A stretch of 64,000 nucleotides of DNA from positions 67,172-131,171 of the forward strand of contig JBFMAF010000016.1 of NCBI GenBank assembly GCA_040755995.1, written 5' to 3'. The stretch comes from Acidobacteriota bacterium (GTDB taxonomy: Bacteria > Acidobacteriota > CAIWXX01). The notes below the pieces were generated by a model. The model did no database searches, was not told the DNA's origin, and saw nothing but the letters and a program-made list of their open reading frames with translations. A program made the translations under genes and the position numbers. Below are positions 36,155 to 47,692 of the stretch, piece after piece (the first letter of the stretch is position 1; the number at the start of each line of letters is the position of its first letter).

Positions 36155-37105
36155 CTACTTCACTGAGACCAGCGCATAGTAATGCCTCATCGTCTGCAAC
36201 GAATGGTCCTCAACGATGATTTGGACTGCGGCCCGGTTGGCATAGCAGGCCAATGGCATGATGGCCCTGACGGTTGTGTCTTTCTCAGCGTGTGAAGCGA
36301 TCGTGTTCAGGAGTATATCGCCTATGACGTCCACTCCACCGGATGCTCCATAGATCCGCAGCTGCCCGACGGCCTGCCGTCCCTCGCCTCGAGCTGCCAT
36401 CGGCGCGAGCAATGAACCATCGCCTAACACGCCGACGGAACCGGTGACTTCCTCGTTCTGGAAATCAACGGGGACACCGGGTTTTCGGAGGCGCCCGTCC
36501 GCATCAAATACAGGGTAGTAGCCCGGCTCCAAACACACGAACCGGGCAAAGTCCGCTTGAGACTGCTCGCAATCGGACCTCAAGACCGAGACAAGATTCG
36601 GCACGCCCCCGGCGTCCACCGAGAAGCTGGGCAGCATTCCAAGCAGTCCGGGAAGCCTCTGTTCGCGAAGGAGTCGCCCATCGCGAGCTCCGCTCAGGAG
36701 GCGTGGAACTCTGCCCGTGGTGTCGAGGATATATCGCCGTCCATCCTGCGTGGCGTACCCAGATACACCTCCCGGTTCGCGCGAGATGAAGGGGCCTACG
36801 CCCTCGATCAAGTCGGTCGTATCCCCCTCCGGCAACTTCGTGATCCGGACCCAGACCTTGAATTCATCTATTACACCTTCCGCAAGCGGATCGCTCGGGA
36901 ACGCCACGGTCGCGACAAGCTCATTCGAAGAGGTCAGAGTCGCCGGGGCGTCCGAGGTGAAGCTCTCCTCTGTTCCCGCTGGTGTCAATCCCAGGACGGT
37001 GACTTCCGCCGCGTAAGACATTCCTGCGTTGGCTGCCACAACCACCAGCATGGTGGCAAGGGCTCGCAGACTGTCGTGCCTCAGCCTCATCAATCTCTGG
37101 CTCAT
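36155..37105 (-). CDS. Secreted hypothetical protein
   Basis: Long ORF with signal-like LATMLVVVAANAGMSYA; start uncertain (37105-37168). Confidence 0.65.
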   Translation of the reverse strand: MSQRLMRLRHDSLRALATMLVVVAANAGMSYAAEVTVLGLTPAGTEESFTSDAPATLTSSNELVATVAFPSDPLAEGVIDEFKVWVRITKLPEGDTTDLIEGVGPFISREPGGVSGYATQDGRRYILDTTGRVPRLLSGARDGRLLREQRLPGLLGMLPSFSVDAGGVPNLVSVLRSDCEQSQADFARFVCLEPGYYPVFDADGRLRKPGVPVDFQNEEVTGSVGVLGDGSLLAPMAARGEGRQAVGQLRIYGASGGVDVIGDILLNTIASHAEKDTTVRAIMPLACYANRAAVQIIVEDHSLQTMRHYYALVSVK

Positions 37106-37124
37106 TGTCGCCCTCGTGGCCCCG

Positions 37125-37451
37125 TTACTTGCAATTGGGGTCATAATCGGATATCCACCTGTCCTCACAGTAGCCCCCTGATGCTCTCTCGCATCGGTAG
37201 CGCGCGAATTTCACGGTACAAGTCCTCATGTATGGTCGAGCAGTTCTGCAACATTTCTCTTGGGTGTAAACGGTGTAGCAGCAGTACACCCGTGTGTAGC
37301 AGTCATTCAATCTGCAACGCGGCTCCGGCGCCGGCCCCTCGTCTGAGGCAATTGGCGACGGAGCCGCAAACCACGTCCCGGCCAGGAATGATGCCACGAG
37401 AAGGTACCGCGAGTACCACCGCGAATGAGCTTTTCCACTGTCCGAATTCAT
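37125..37451 (-). CDS. Secreted cysteine-rich miniprotein (108 aa, 10 Cys)
   Basis: AAGGAGG RBS 7 nt before ATG; hydrophobic signal-like segment; C-C-CC-CC-C-C-C-C pattern. Confidence 0.7.
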   Translation of the reverse strand: MNSDSGKAHSRWYSRYLLVASFLAGTWFAAPSPIASDEGPAPEPRCRLNDCYTRVYCCYTVYTQEKCCRTARPYMRTCTVKFARYRCERASGGYCEDRWISDYDPNCK

Positions 37452-37476
37452 TTGCTTGCCTCCTTGATTTCAGGTC

Positions 37477-37508
37477 AGACTAGCACATACACGGGGGGGG
37501 GGTGGCAA
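37477..37508 (-). promoter_or_regulatory. Candidate promoter with a C10 tract in the spacer
   Basis: Minus strand TTGCCA-C10-GTGTATGTGC-TAGTCT (TGn-extended -10, 20-bp spacer). Confidence 0.4.
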
Positions 37509-37611
37509 GACCGCGACCGACCGCCCAACCGCGACCGACCGCCCAACCGCGACCAACCGACCATGCGACCGACCGCCCAACCGCGACCAACCGACCATGC
37601 GACCGACCGAC
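37509..37611. repeat. Tandem repeat tract of 18-bp and 34-bp units
   Basis: ccgcgaccgaccgcccaa and gcgaccaaccgaccat units repeated. Confidence 0.85.
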
Positions 37612-37646
37612 TGTCCGTTTTCCTCGGAACCTCTGTCGCTCAGGAC

Positions 37647-38009
37647 TCATCGAAATCCCAGGCTTCGCTTGAGCGCTTCATCGACCTGTGACATCTCCTC
37701 CACCGTGAGCCTGCCACGGGCTTGTCCACAAAGCCGGGCCTTGCTGATCGTCAGGATTTGCTCGCATTTCGCATACGAGTCGGACTTGAGGCGGTTGTTC
37801 TTCGATGGCCGAAGGTGCACGTGAACGGGAATATCGCGTCCGGCTGTGCTGACTGCAACCACGATCGTATTCGGGTAGTTATCTGCACGATTGCCGAAGT
37901 CATTCTGGACGATCAGCGCAGGACGCCGTCCCGTCTGCTCGGATCCGCGCCCCGGTGACGAATCGACATCCCAGATCTCGCCGCGATTGATCTTGGTTAT
38001 ACTAGCCAC
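37647..38009 (-). CDS. mazF: MazF/PemK family endoribonuclease toxin
   Basis: RGEIWDV..SPGRGSEQTGRRPALIVQND.GN, DSYAKCEQILTISKARL. Confidence 0.92.
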   Translation of the reverse strand: MASITKINRGEIWDVDSSPGRGSEQTGRRPALIVQNDFGNRADNYPNTIVVAVSTAGRDIPVHVHLRPSKNNRLKSDSYAKCEQILTISKARLCGQARGRLTVEEMSQVDEALKRSLGFR

Positions 38010-38247
38010 GACGGATCACCTCTGCCTGAGCGGGCAGGAATCGCTCGACATTGGAATCGGCATCAGTTGAGGGATCCCGATACGCGGCGCGCATCTTCTC
38101 GGCCATCTCCTCCTCAGCAAGGCGCTCGATGCCCTCATGCGCCAGTCTGTTTACGCTCACGCCGCGCAGCATGGCCAGCCGTTTCGCTGTGCGCTAGAGC
38201 CCGGCAGGGAGCCGCAGACTCAATTGCTTCATCGTTTCAGTTCTCAT
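38002..38247 (-). pseudogene. Ribbon-helix-helix antitoxin interrupted by an in-frame TAG at codon 18
   Basis: MRTETMKQLSLRLPAGL*RTAKRLAMLRGVSVNRLAHEGIERL...AQAEVIRRG-stop; TAG at 38194-38196; overlaps the mazF start. Confidence 0.8.
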
Positions 38248-38484
38248 CCTTGCCGCCACCTCCGTACGGTATCACCATTTGATATCATGCACCGGTATCA
38301 TCATCGCGCCAGTTGCCATCGAGGCGCTGGTGTCCGGCACTCCATGCAGAGCACAGTGACTGACCGACCCTTTCACCGCCGGCCTGGCCCGCGCGTGCCC
38401 GGACCGCCTCCGCGGCAGCCGGGTCGCCTTGAGTGGTGGAAACGCCTATAATTCACCGTAGATCCGCTTCGAGGAGAAGACGAC

Positions 38485-38988
38485 GTGCACGACTACGGTA
38501 GCTACTCGAGAGAGATGCTTGCGCGGTGGCTGGAGGACGCGGCGAAGCTCTGGCTGGCTCATGACGGCCTCTGGTTCCAGGCAGTCGAGTCAATGGGCGG
38601 CCTGGAGGCGGCCGTGAAGTGTGATGCAGAGGCCTGGTCGCGTTTCTCACCACTGGAGGCGAAGAGGATAATGGAGCGCCTCGAAATGGCGCCGGGCGGA
38701 GGTCTGCCGACGCTCGCACAGGCCCTCCGTGCACGACTCTACAGCCTTCTCAATGAGGACGAGATCGCACTCGAACAGGGCCGCCTCGTCTACACGATGA
38801 AGCGCTGCCGGGTGCAGGAGGCACGAAGGCGCAAGGGGCTTGCCGACTTTCCGTGCAAATCCGTGGGGATCGTCGAGTATACGACGTTCGCCCATACGAT
38901 CGATCCGCGAATCAGGACACAATGCCTGGCGTGCCCGCCGGAGCCTCACGATGGGGACTTCTATTGCTCGTGGGAGTTCACGATGTAG
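38485..38988 (+). CDS. DUF6125-like Cys-containing protein
   Basis: WLAHDGLWFQAVE, CRVQ.AR.RKGL..FPCK.VG..EY, C..CPP...C.WEF. Confidence 0.75.
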   Translation: MHDYGSYSREMLARWLEDAAKLWLAHDGLWFQAVESMGGLEAAVKCDAEAWSRFSPLEAKRIMERLEMAPGGGLPTLAQALRARLYSLLNEDEIALEQGRLVYTMKRCRVQEARRRKGLADFPCKSVGIVEYTTFAHTIDPRIRTQCLACPPEPHDGDFYCSWEFTM

Positions 38989-39043
38989 GTTGGAGCGGCA
39001 CGGCCGGGTGAACCGGCCGGCTTGCCTCGAAGGGAGGTTGCAG

Positions 39044-39694
39044 ATGAACAGGATTCTCGTCACGGCGCTCCTCGGGGTCTGGCTGCTCGCTGCACTGCCC
39101 GCAGCCGCGGCTGACGGCTGGGTTTTCCAGTTTTTCGGCGGCTCGGCTCTCAACATCGACACACCGCTTACGATTCGCCAGCCGGGCTACGAAGACATCG
39201 ACATCAGCGCGACCTACATGACGAGGCCCTTCGAAGATTCGCCGTACTACGCCTACCGCATCGCGCGATGGAAGGGCGGGGCGGCCTGGGAGCTCGAATT
39301 CGTACATCACAAGCTGCATCTGCGAAATACAACGTCCGAAGTCCCGCATTTCGAGGTCACGCACGGGTTCAATCTCCTGCATGTGAATCGAGCCTGGGAG
39401 CGGCCTCGGTTCTTGTATCGGGTCGGAGCCGGAGTAGTCATCGGACACCCCGAATCTACTGTCCGGGGCATGCCTTCCTCAGGCAAGGGCGGCCTCTTCA
39501 ACGCGGGATACTTCCTCGCGGGTATCACCGGACATGTGGCGGCGGAGAAACGGTTCCATCTGACCCGGAAGCTCTTCGCATCACTCGAAGGCAAGCTGGG
39601 CGCGGCCTACGCGCGAGTGCCCGTCGCGGAAGGAAAGGCCACGGTACCCAATGTGGCCTTCCACGGGCTCTTCGGGATCGGCTACGAGTTCTGA
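39044..39694 (+). CDS. Outer-membrane beta-barrel protein, LpxQ (lipid A oxidase)-like
   Basis: Signal peptide, PF..SPYYAYR, ELEFVHHK, FEVTHGFNLL, GAGVVIGHPE, terminal GIGYEF. Confidence 0.65.
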   Translation: MNRILVTALLGVWLLAALPAAAADGWVFQFFGGSALNIDTPLTIRQPGYEDIDISATYMTRPFEDSPYYAYRIARWKGGAAWELEFVHHKLHLRNTTSEVPHFEVTHGFNLLHVNRAWERPRFLYRVGAGVVIGHPESTVRGMPSSGKGGLFNAGYFLAGITGHVAAEKRFHLTRKLFASLEGKLGAAYARVPVAEGKATVPNVAFHGLFGIGYEF

Positions 39695-39864
39695 CCGGCA
39701 CCCGGGGTGGGCCGTAGGACCGTTGTCTTGGCCTCGCCGGTCCTAGTTATGGTATAAGATCGGCGGGAGGTTACCCGTGCGTGAGGACGGCAATGCCTGC
39801 TGCGTGACGCTCGCCACTGCCCGGCCAGCTCGAGGCACTTGAGGCGTGAGAGGGGTGAATCAAC

Positions 39865-41976
<2,112 letters not shown>

Positions 41977-42005
41977 TTCAACCGCGGGGCAGCCAGACTG
42001 CCCGT

Positions 42006-43031
42006 TCAGCCGAGCGTCAGGATGATCTTCCCGATTGTCTCTCGCTGTTGCATCCTCCGGTGAGCCTCGGCCGCCTTCTCGAGCGGCAGCGAGAGTCCGA
42101 TCCGCGGCCGGACGGCTCCGTCAGCCCGCAGTCTGAGCAGAGCCTCGGCGGCTTCGCGCAGGATGTCGGGTCGAGATGAGAGGTGGAACAGGTTGAAGCC
42201 GGCGAGCGTTCGGTTCTGGCCGATCATCTTGAGAGGTGAGACGAAGAGCATTTTGCGAAGGCGCCAGAGGGCACCCACCTTGAGGACGAGTCCGGGTGCG
42301 ACTGCCGATGCAGCGCCGAAAAGTATGTGTCGCCCGTACGGGGCCAGCAGGTCCCAGGACTTCCGAAAAACGTCGCCGCCTACCGAGTCCATGACGACGT
42401 CGACACCGCGTCCTGCAGTCTCCTGCCGGATTATTCCGGCGAAATCCTCCTCTTGATACAGAATTGTCCGTGCCCACGGGCATTCCTGCTCGACGACAGC
42501 GACCTTCGACTTCGAGCCGACGGTTGCATAGACCTTGGAACCGAGGTGGCGGAGAAGTTGCAGGCAGGCGATCCCGACGCCTCCGGCTGCGGCATGGACG
42601 AGCACCATGTCGCTCTTGCGCACTCGCGCGAGCTGATGGAGACCGTGGTATGCGGTCAGGTACTGGACCGGGAAGGCGGCTGCTTCCTCGAACGACATGT
42701 CCTCCGGCAGCCGGATGGCAAAAGTCGACGGCACGGAAACCTTCTCCGCGTAGCCTCCGAATTGACAGAACGACATGACGCGGTCCCCCACCGCGTAGTC
42801 CTGAACACCTTCACCGACACCGGCCACGCGACCTGCGACTTCGATGCCCGGGATGAACGGAGGTGGCGGAGCTGCATCGTAGATGCCGGCTCTGGCGAGC
42901 ACGTCTGCGAAGTTGACGCCGATTGCTTTCACGTCGACAAGCAGTTTCCCCTTCTTCGCCCCCGGCTCGGGTGTCTCGCGCATCTCCAACACGGACTCGT
43001 CGCCGTGCCTGGTCACGACCATCGCTTTCAT
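42006..43031 (-). CDS. NADPH:quinone oxidoreductase (MDR/VAT-1-like)
   Basis: IGVNFAD, PGIEVAG, VLVHAAAGGVG, GKIIL. Confidence 0.9.
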   Translation of the reverse strand: MKAMVVTRHGDESVLEMRETPEPGAKKGKLLVDVKAIGVNFADVLARAGIYDAAPPPPFIPGIEVAGRVAGVGEGVQDYAVGDRVMSFCQFGGYAEKVSVPSTFAIRLPEDMSFEEAAAFPVQYLTAYHGLHQLARVRKSDMVLVHAAAGGVGIACLQLLRHLGSKVYATVGSKSKVAVVEQECPWARTILYQEEDFAGIIRQETAGRGVDVVMDSVGGDVFRKSWDLLAPYGRHILFGAASAVAPGLVLKVGALWRLRKMLFVSPLKMIGQNRTLAGFNLFHLSSRPDILREAAEALLRLRADGAVRPRIGLSLPLEKAAEAHRRMQQRETIGKIILTLG

Positions 43032-43100
43032 GGCAGTTACCTCGCTCTCAACGATCCGATGAGGCCATCGGGTATCTGGGTGGACGATCGGCTGAGCGGC

Positions 43101-43694
43101 TCACTCTGTGAGCTGCCCTTCCTTGAGGAGTCGGCTGAGAGACCTGAACTTCTCGTGCTCCTTGTCTCTGGCCCACTCGAAGGCGACGGACTCGTGGTTG
43201 GTTATCACCGCGCCTGCCTGCTTCATCCGCTCCAGCGCGTGACGGCGATATTCCTCGCCTCGAGAGCTCACGGACTCCCAGCACAGATGTACCTGCGTGC
43301 CCATTCGAAGCAGCTCAATCACAGTCTGCATGACGCACACGTGGGCTTCGATCCCCGCGACGACCACCTGCCTCTCGTCGGGGCGGAGGTTGGGGCGGAC
43401 CTCGGCGAGGAGGCGCTCGTAGTTGGGATCGCCGCAACACCCGAAGCTCGACTTGTCCATGTACCGCTTCGTGGTGGTCAGCGCGTCGTAGACGTCGCGC
43501 ACCTCCGGGTGAGTCACGCCCAGGCCTGCCGGGTACTGCTCCGTCATGATCACCGGCACGCCGAACAGCTCGGCGATCCTCATGAGCCGCTTGGATGCGG
43601 CTATGACGAGACTCGGGCGGTAGATCATTTCCATCAGCTTCCCCTGCAAGTCGATCATGGTGACCACGCTGCGATTCACATCCAGTAGTTCCAT
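43101..43694 (-). CDS. Isochorismatase-family hydrolase
   Basis: IDLQGKL, TEQYPAGLG.T, KSSFGC, GIEAHVCVMQT. Confidence 0.9.
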   Translation of the reverse strand: MELLDVNRSVVTMIDLQGKLMEMIYRPSLVIAASKRLMRIAELFGVPVIMTEQYPAGLGVTHPEVRDVYDALTTTKRYMDKSSFGCCGDPNYERLLAEVRPNLRPDERQVVVAGIEAHVCVMQTVIELLRMGTQVHLCWESVSSRGEEYRRHALERMKQAGAVITNHESVAFEWARDKEHEKFRSLSRLLKEGQLTE

Positions 43695-43772
43695 GACACC
43701 TCCTCTGATCCGGGGCATTCTACACCCAACGGGTCAAGATCGGATTCCGGATACGACCGGAACGGGTGGCAC

Positions 43773-43806
43773 CGAAATCCGCAATTCGAAATCCGAAATC
43801 CGAAAT
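43773..43806. repeat. Heptamer tandem repeat (CGAAATC)
   Basis: cgaaatc cgcaatt cgaaatc cgaaatc cgaaat. Confidence 0.75.
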
Positions 43807-43848
43807 ATAGCCGCCACGCTACTGCCGGCCGTCGCGCGACTCAGGGAC

Positions 43849-45732
43849 TCAATCGATCAGAGGCAGGTACAGATGGAATGTCGTGCCCTTGCCGAGCGTG
43901 CTTTCGACATCGATCCTTCCGGAATGGGCCAAGATCGTCTTCTCGACCAGGGCCAGGCCGAGTCCGTAGCCCGCTTCCTTTGTCGTGTAGAACGGGATGA
44001 AAATCTTCCCGAGATCAGCCGGGTCTATGCCGGGCCCGCCGTCCTGGACCTGCATATGCAGCTCCCTCGCCGCGGTATCCACATCCGCTGACACGCGCAC
44101 TCTCACGTTTTCGCCTGCTTCGATCCCGTTCTTGATGAGATTGAAGAACGCCTGGCGCAGCAACCCCTCGTCGCCCTTCACTCGGGCGAAGCCGCCCTCG
44201 ATGCTCACAGAATCGGATCGTTCCGGAAACTGCGTGAGGATTTCCTGCACGCACCACCTCAGCACATCGGCGCAGTCCACCGCCTCGCTCCGGATGCTCA
44301 ACGGGCGGGTGAAGTCCAGGAAATCCGAGACGATCCGGTTCATCTCCTGGACCTCTTTCTGCATCATCTCGCGAAATCTGCGCCTGTCCTCATCGACACC
44401 GAGCTGCCCTGCGGCCTGCCTCGCTCTCCCCAGGGAATCCGCTTGCGGGGGCGCGAGCAGCCGGAGGAGCCCGACCAGTGTGCCTAGCGAGTTCCGGATC
44501 TCGTGGGCGAGTCCTCTCGACATCTCGCCCAACGCAGCCAGCTTCTCGCTCTCGGCCAGCTGTTTCTCCAGGCGCGCGCGATCGGTGACGTCCATGATCA
44601 CGCAGAGAGCCCCGGCCTTTCCTTCGGTGTCCGACACGGGTGTGGCGCTGACACGGCAGACTCGTTCCTCGGAGCCCACGACAAGCGGAAGCACCTGATC
44701 CTGCGTCCGCTCACCGTCCTCGATGCAGCGGCTCACGAGGGCCTGCCACTGAGGCTCATCGGCGAGCAGCCGAGTGTAGTGCTGGTTATAGAGGACCAGG
44801 GATGACCTGCCGAACAGCTCCGAGGCTGCCCGGTTGCTCTGGACTACTCGTCCCTGGTGAGAGAACATCAGCACTGATGCGACCATCTGCTCCAGGATGT
44901 CGCTGCTGAGTCTGGTCGCGGTGATCGCGCGTTCGCGATCGAGGCGCGACATCTCGAGAAGCTCCTTCTCCTTCTGCCGCAGCTTCGCGATCACGCCCTG
45001 GAACGAGGCGATCATCATGGCGCTGTCGTCCTGAGGGAGATCCTTCCCGGCGAAAACCTCGTTGCTTGCCGTGCGCGCGGCCAGCAGGACTCGCCTGTAC
45101 GGGCGGACGATCCAGAATCCCAGCATCCCGACCAAGAGCATGGTGGCCGCGATACCGAGGGCCTGGTAGACGAGTATGTCCCGAGATATCTTGCCGATGC
45201 GCCCAAGCGTGTCGTCGAGGATCGTCGCCTTCAGAGCGTAGACGGATCCGTCATTCGTCTTGAACGGCACATACGCGCTGACCGGCTGCGGTGCAGCCTC
45301 CGCAGCCGGCTTCGGCCTGGTGACCTGGGGCACCATGTTCTGAAACAGGTCCCGCTGCATCTCCGGGGAGATTCCTGGAAGACGGTCGCGGGCCAGGAGC
45401 GACCGGCCGCTCTGCGAGGACGCCACCAGGATGCCCAAGCGGTTGATGACCTCTACTGAAATGAACCCGTATCGCGATCCGATCTGTAGCAAATCCATCT
45501 GTGGCACACCGCGGTCTTCCAGCCGCCCCCGGCCCCCGAGGATCCCACTGTTGACATCGACCTCACGTCTCAGGATCCTCGTCAGGAGCTCGGCTCGCGC
45601 CTTCTGTTGGGTCTCGAGATACTGTTTGGCCGACAGGAAGATGCGCAGAGCATGGGCGTCGAGTATGAGCAGGGATAGGACTGCGGCGAGCATCAGGACC
45701 TGCCGCTGCCGGCTGCTGAGCATCGGTTCCAT
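43849..45732 (-). CDS. Membrane PAS sensor histidine kinase (PilS/NtrB-like)
   Basis: Two TM helices, EKLAALGEMSRGLAHEIRNSL, NLIKNGIEA, DGGPGI, PFYTTK..GYGLGL. Confidence 0.92.
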   Translation of the reverse strand: MEPMLSSRQRQVLMLAAVLSLLILDAHALRIFLSAKQYLETQQKARAELLTRILRREVDVNSGILGGRGRLEDRGVPQMDLLQIGSRYGFISVEVINRLGILVASSQSGRSLLARDRLPGISPEMQRDLFQNMVPQVTRPKPAAEAAPQPVSAYVPFKTNDGSVYALKATILDDTLGRIGKISRDILVYQALGIAATMLLVGMLGFWIVRPYRRVLLAARTASNEVFAGKDLPQDDSAMMIASFQGVIAKLRQKEKELLEMSRLDRERAITATRLSSDILEQMVASVLMFSHQGRVVQSNRAASELFGRSSLVLYNQHYTRLLADEPQWQALVSRCIEDGERTQDQVLPLVVGSEERVCRVSATPVSDTEGKAGALCVIMDVTDRARLEKQLAESEKLAALGEMSRGLAHEIRNSLGTLVGLLRLLAPPQADSLGRARQAAGQLGVDEDRRRFREMMQKEVQEMNRIVSDFLDFTRPLSIRSEAVDCADVLRWCVQEILTQFPERSDSVSIEGGFARVKGDEGLLRQAFFNLIKNGIEAGENVRVRVSADVDTAARELHMQVQDGGPGIDPADLGKIFIPFYTTKEAGYGLGLALVEKTILAHSGRIDVESTLGKGTTFHLYLPLID

Positions 45733-45750
45733 CTGCGATCCCTGAGATTC

Positions 45751-46536
45751 TCAGCCTAGGAGGAGCGACAGATACCAGTCGACAGGTGCGCTCGCCGTCA
45801 CGTAGGCCAGCGCTGCGGCGGGCGCGAGGAAACACCCGAAGGGGACCTCCGAGTCGAACTTCCTTCCGGCGAGGAGCAGACCGATGGAGAACAGCCCGCC
45901 GGCCAGGCTGGCCGCGACCAAGGTGAACAGGGCGCCCTTCAGCCCGACAAAGGCTCCGACGCTCAGCATCATCTTCACATCACCTGTCCCCATGCCCTGG
46001 CGCCGGCGCAGCAGGTAATAGAGCCCCATGACCACCAAGAGGGCCGCGGCACCGGAGCAGCTGCCGGCCAATGCATCGACGAACCTCAGCGGTGCGGCAC
46101 CGAGGACCGAGAATAGAAGCCCGAGGACGGCGCAGGGGAAGGTGATGACGTTGGGGAGGATCATGTGCCGGAGGTCGATGAAAAACAGCACAACGAGACA
46201 TGATATGAAGATCAACCCCCGCACCAGCTCGACCGAGATGCCGTTTCGCGCGAATAGCCCTGCCAGCGTGATTCCTTCGACCAGCTCGACGATCGGATAC
46301 ACCGGTGAGATGCGGCCTCGGCAGCTCCGGCATCGACCAAGCAGCAGCAGGTAGCTGAGCAAGGGGATATTGTCGTACCAGCGAATACGCGCCGAGCAGC
46401 GGGGGCAGGCGGACGGTGGAAAGACCACGGAGCGTTCCTCGGGGATTCGTGCGATACAGACGTTCAGGAAACTGCCGATGCAAAGCCCGACGGCGAAGAA
46501 CCAGGCCGTGAGGACAGGGGCCGGTATCCACTCCAT
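45751..46536 (-). CDS. pilD: Prepilin peptidase (A24)
   Basis: GSFLNVCI.R.P, SACPRC, DNIPLLSY..L.GRCRSC, IDLRHMILP, GMGTGDVK, VPFG.FLA. Confidence 0.93.
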   Translation of the reverse strand: MEWIPAPVLTAWFFAVGLCIGSFLNVCIARIPEERSVVFPPSACPRCSARIRWYDNIPLLSYLLLLGRCRSCRGRISPVYPIVELVEGITLAGLFARNGISVELVRGLIFISCLVVLFFIDLRHMILPNVITFPCAVLGLLFSVLGAAPLRFVDALAGSCSGAAALLVVMGLYYLLRRRQGMGTGDVKMMLSVGAFVGLKGALFTLVAASLAGGLFSIGLLLAGRKFDSEVPFGCFLAPAAALAYVTASAPVDWYLSLLLG

Positions 46537-46610
46537 ATGACCTCAGTCGAATGTCGGGGGAGTCTCCGGGTGCTTCCCGGGTGGCGTTCCACGCCGTCCA
46601 AGTCGCACCT

Positions 46611-46819
46611 TACAGCGCGACACGGGTCGCGCTGTATGCGCGTGGGGGTTCCGGGGGAGGCCTCGCGCGGAGGTCTCCCCCGGTGGGGTACGTGGGGAGG
46701 GCTCAGGCCTTGCGCGGCCGAATGGCCGCAGATGCAAGGCCTGAGGCCATGCCCGCGAATACAGCGCGTCAGGCTGCGCTGACTCCTTGAATCTGTTGCG
46801 GACTTCTGACGCGCTGTAT
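46611..46819. repeat. Cluster of four GC-rich hairpins, REP/MITE-like
   Basis: TACAGCGCG/CGCGCTGTA occurs four times in alternating orientation; stems of 11-14 bp. Confidence 0.75.
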
Positions 46820-46846
46820 AGCGGCCGGTCCGTCGCTATTCGCCGG

Positions 46847-47692
46847 TCATTCACGGCGGTTCAGCTTGAAGGGTGCCGGCGCCTTGACCTCGCCGGTCCT
46901 CGGGTCGTAGAGGTATTCGCTGCCCTCCAGGTTTCTCGGCAGCTCCCTCAACAGCCCGGCATCTACCAGGCGTGACAATCGTGCCGGACGGTGGCCGTAC
47001 ACAGCCGAATACGCGTCGATAGCCTGGCGCAGGATCTTCACATGGAGCACCTGGGTGAGGTCGAAGTAGTGGTTGTATGCGATTCTACGCGAGTCCGCAT
47101 CGGGCGCGCTCCTGTAGAGCTCTTCCCAGAATGCCACTGCCGTAGCGAGGTCGCCCTTGCGGCGGTACATATCGGCGAGCATCCGCCGGACCACACCCGG
47201 AGCTCCAGGCCTCTCCGACGCGATGCGGAAATAATGGATTGCGAGGTCGTAGTTTCTGGCCTCAATGAAGGCGTAGAAGCCGGCGTCCACTGGAATCTGC
47301 CAGTTGTTCGGGAGGTTCTTGATGCCTCTGTCCAGGGTGTGGAATGCCATCGACAGGTCGCCCATTTCGTACACCATCATCATCGCTCCGACCTGGTATG
47401 GATCTACGTAGTTTGGGTCAAGGTCGGAGATCACTGTGTACATGTGCTCGACGCGGGCGAATCGATCTGGTGCCTCGGTGTCGCCGGTGTACTGTATTGA
47501 CCAGAGGTAGATTACGTCGGCCAGAAGCTGCTGGTAGCCGAACGACAGGAGCTGGATGTGCTTACCTGTAGGGAGGTAGAGAACTTCGTACCCGGCCGGC
47601 AAGTGTGCTCGCAGGCCGTCGATCCGGAGCTGAAGACGATAGATCAGCGCAACCTGGGCGACCATGACCGCGCAGACCAGGATCCTCGCCAC
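46847..47692 (-). CDS. Membrane-anchored TPR-like pilus/T2SS-associated protein
   Basis: N-terminal TM, ADVIYL.SIQY.G, LDP.Y...Y, C-terminal pseudopilin-like P..L..LV.AGLL..LP...G..Y.YD. Confidence 0.65.
   Translation of the reverse strand: MARILVCAVMVAQVALIYRLQLRIDGLRAHLPAGYEVLYLPTGKHIQLLSFGYQQLLADVIYLWSIQYTGDTEAPDRFARVEHMYTVISDLDPNYVDPYQVGAMMMVYEMGDLSMAFHTLDRGIKNLPNNWQIPVDAGFYAFIEARNYDLAIHYFRIASERPGAPGVVRRMLADMYRRKGDLATAVAFWEELYRSAPDADSRRIAYNHYFDLTQVLHVKILRQAIDAYSAVYGHRPARLSRLVDAGLLRELPRNLEGSEYLYDPRTGEVKAPAPFKLNRRE

Noticed and set aside
37509..37611. Possible CRISPR array
   Set aside because: Units are contiguous with no unique spacers, and no cas genes are present.
42327..43688. 453-aa plus-strand ORF
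   Set aside because: Antisense across two well-supported minus-strand genes.
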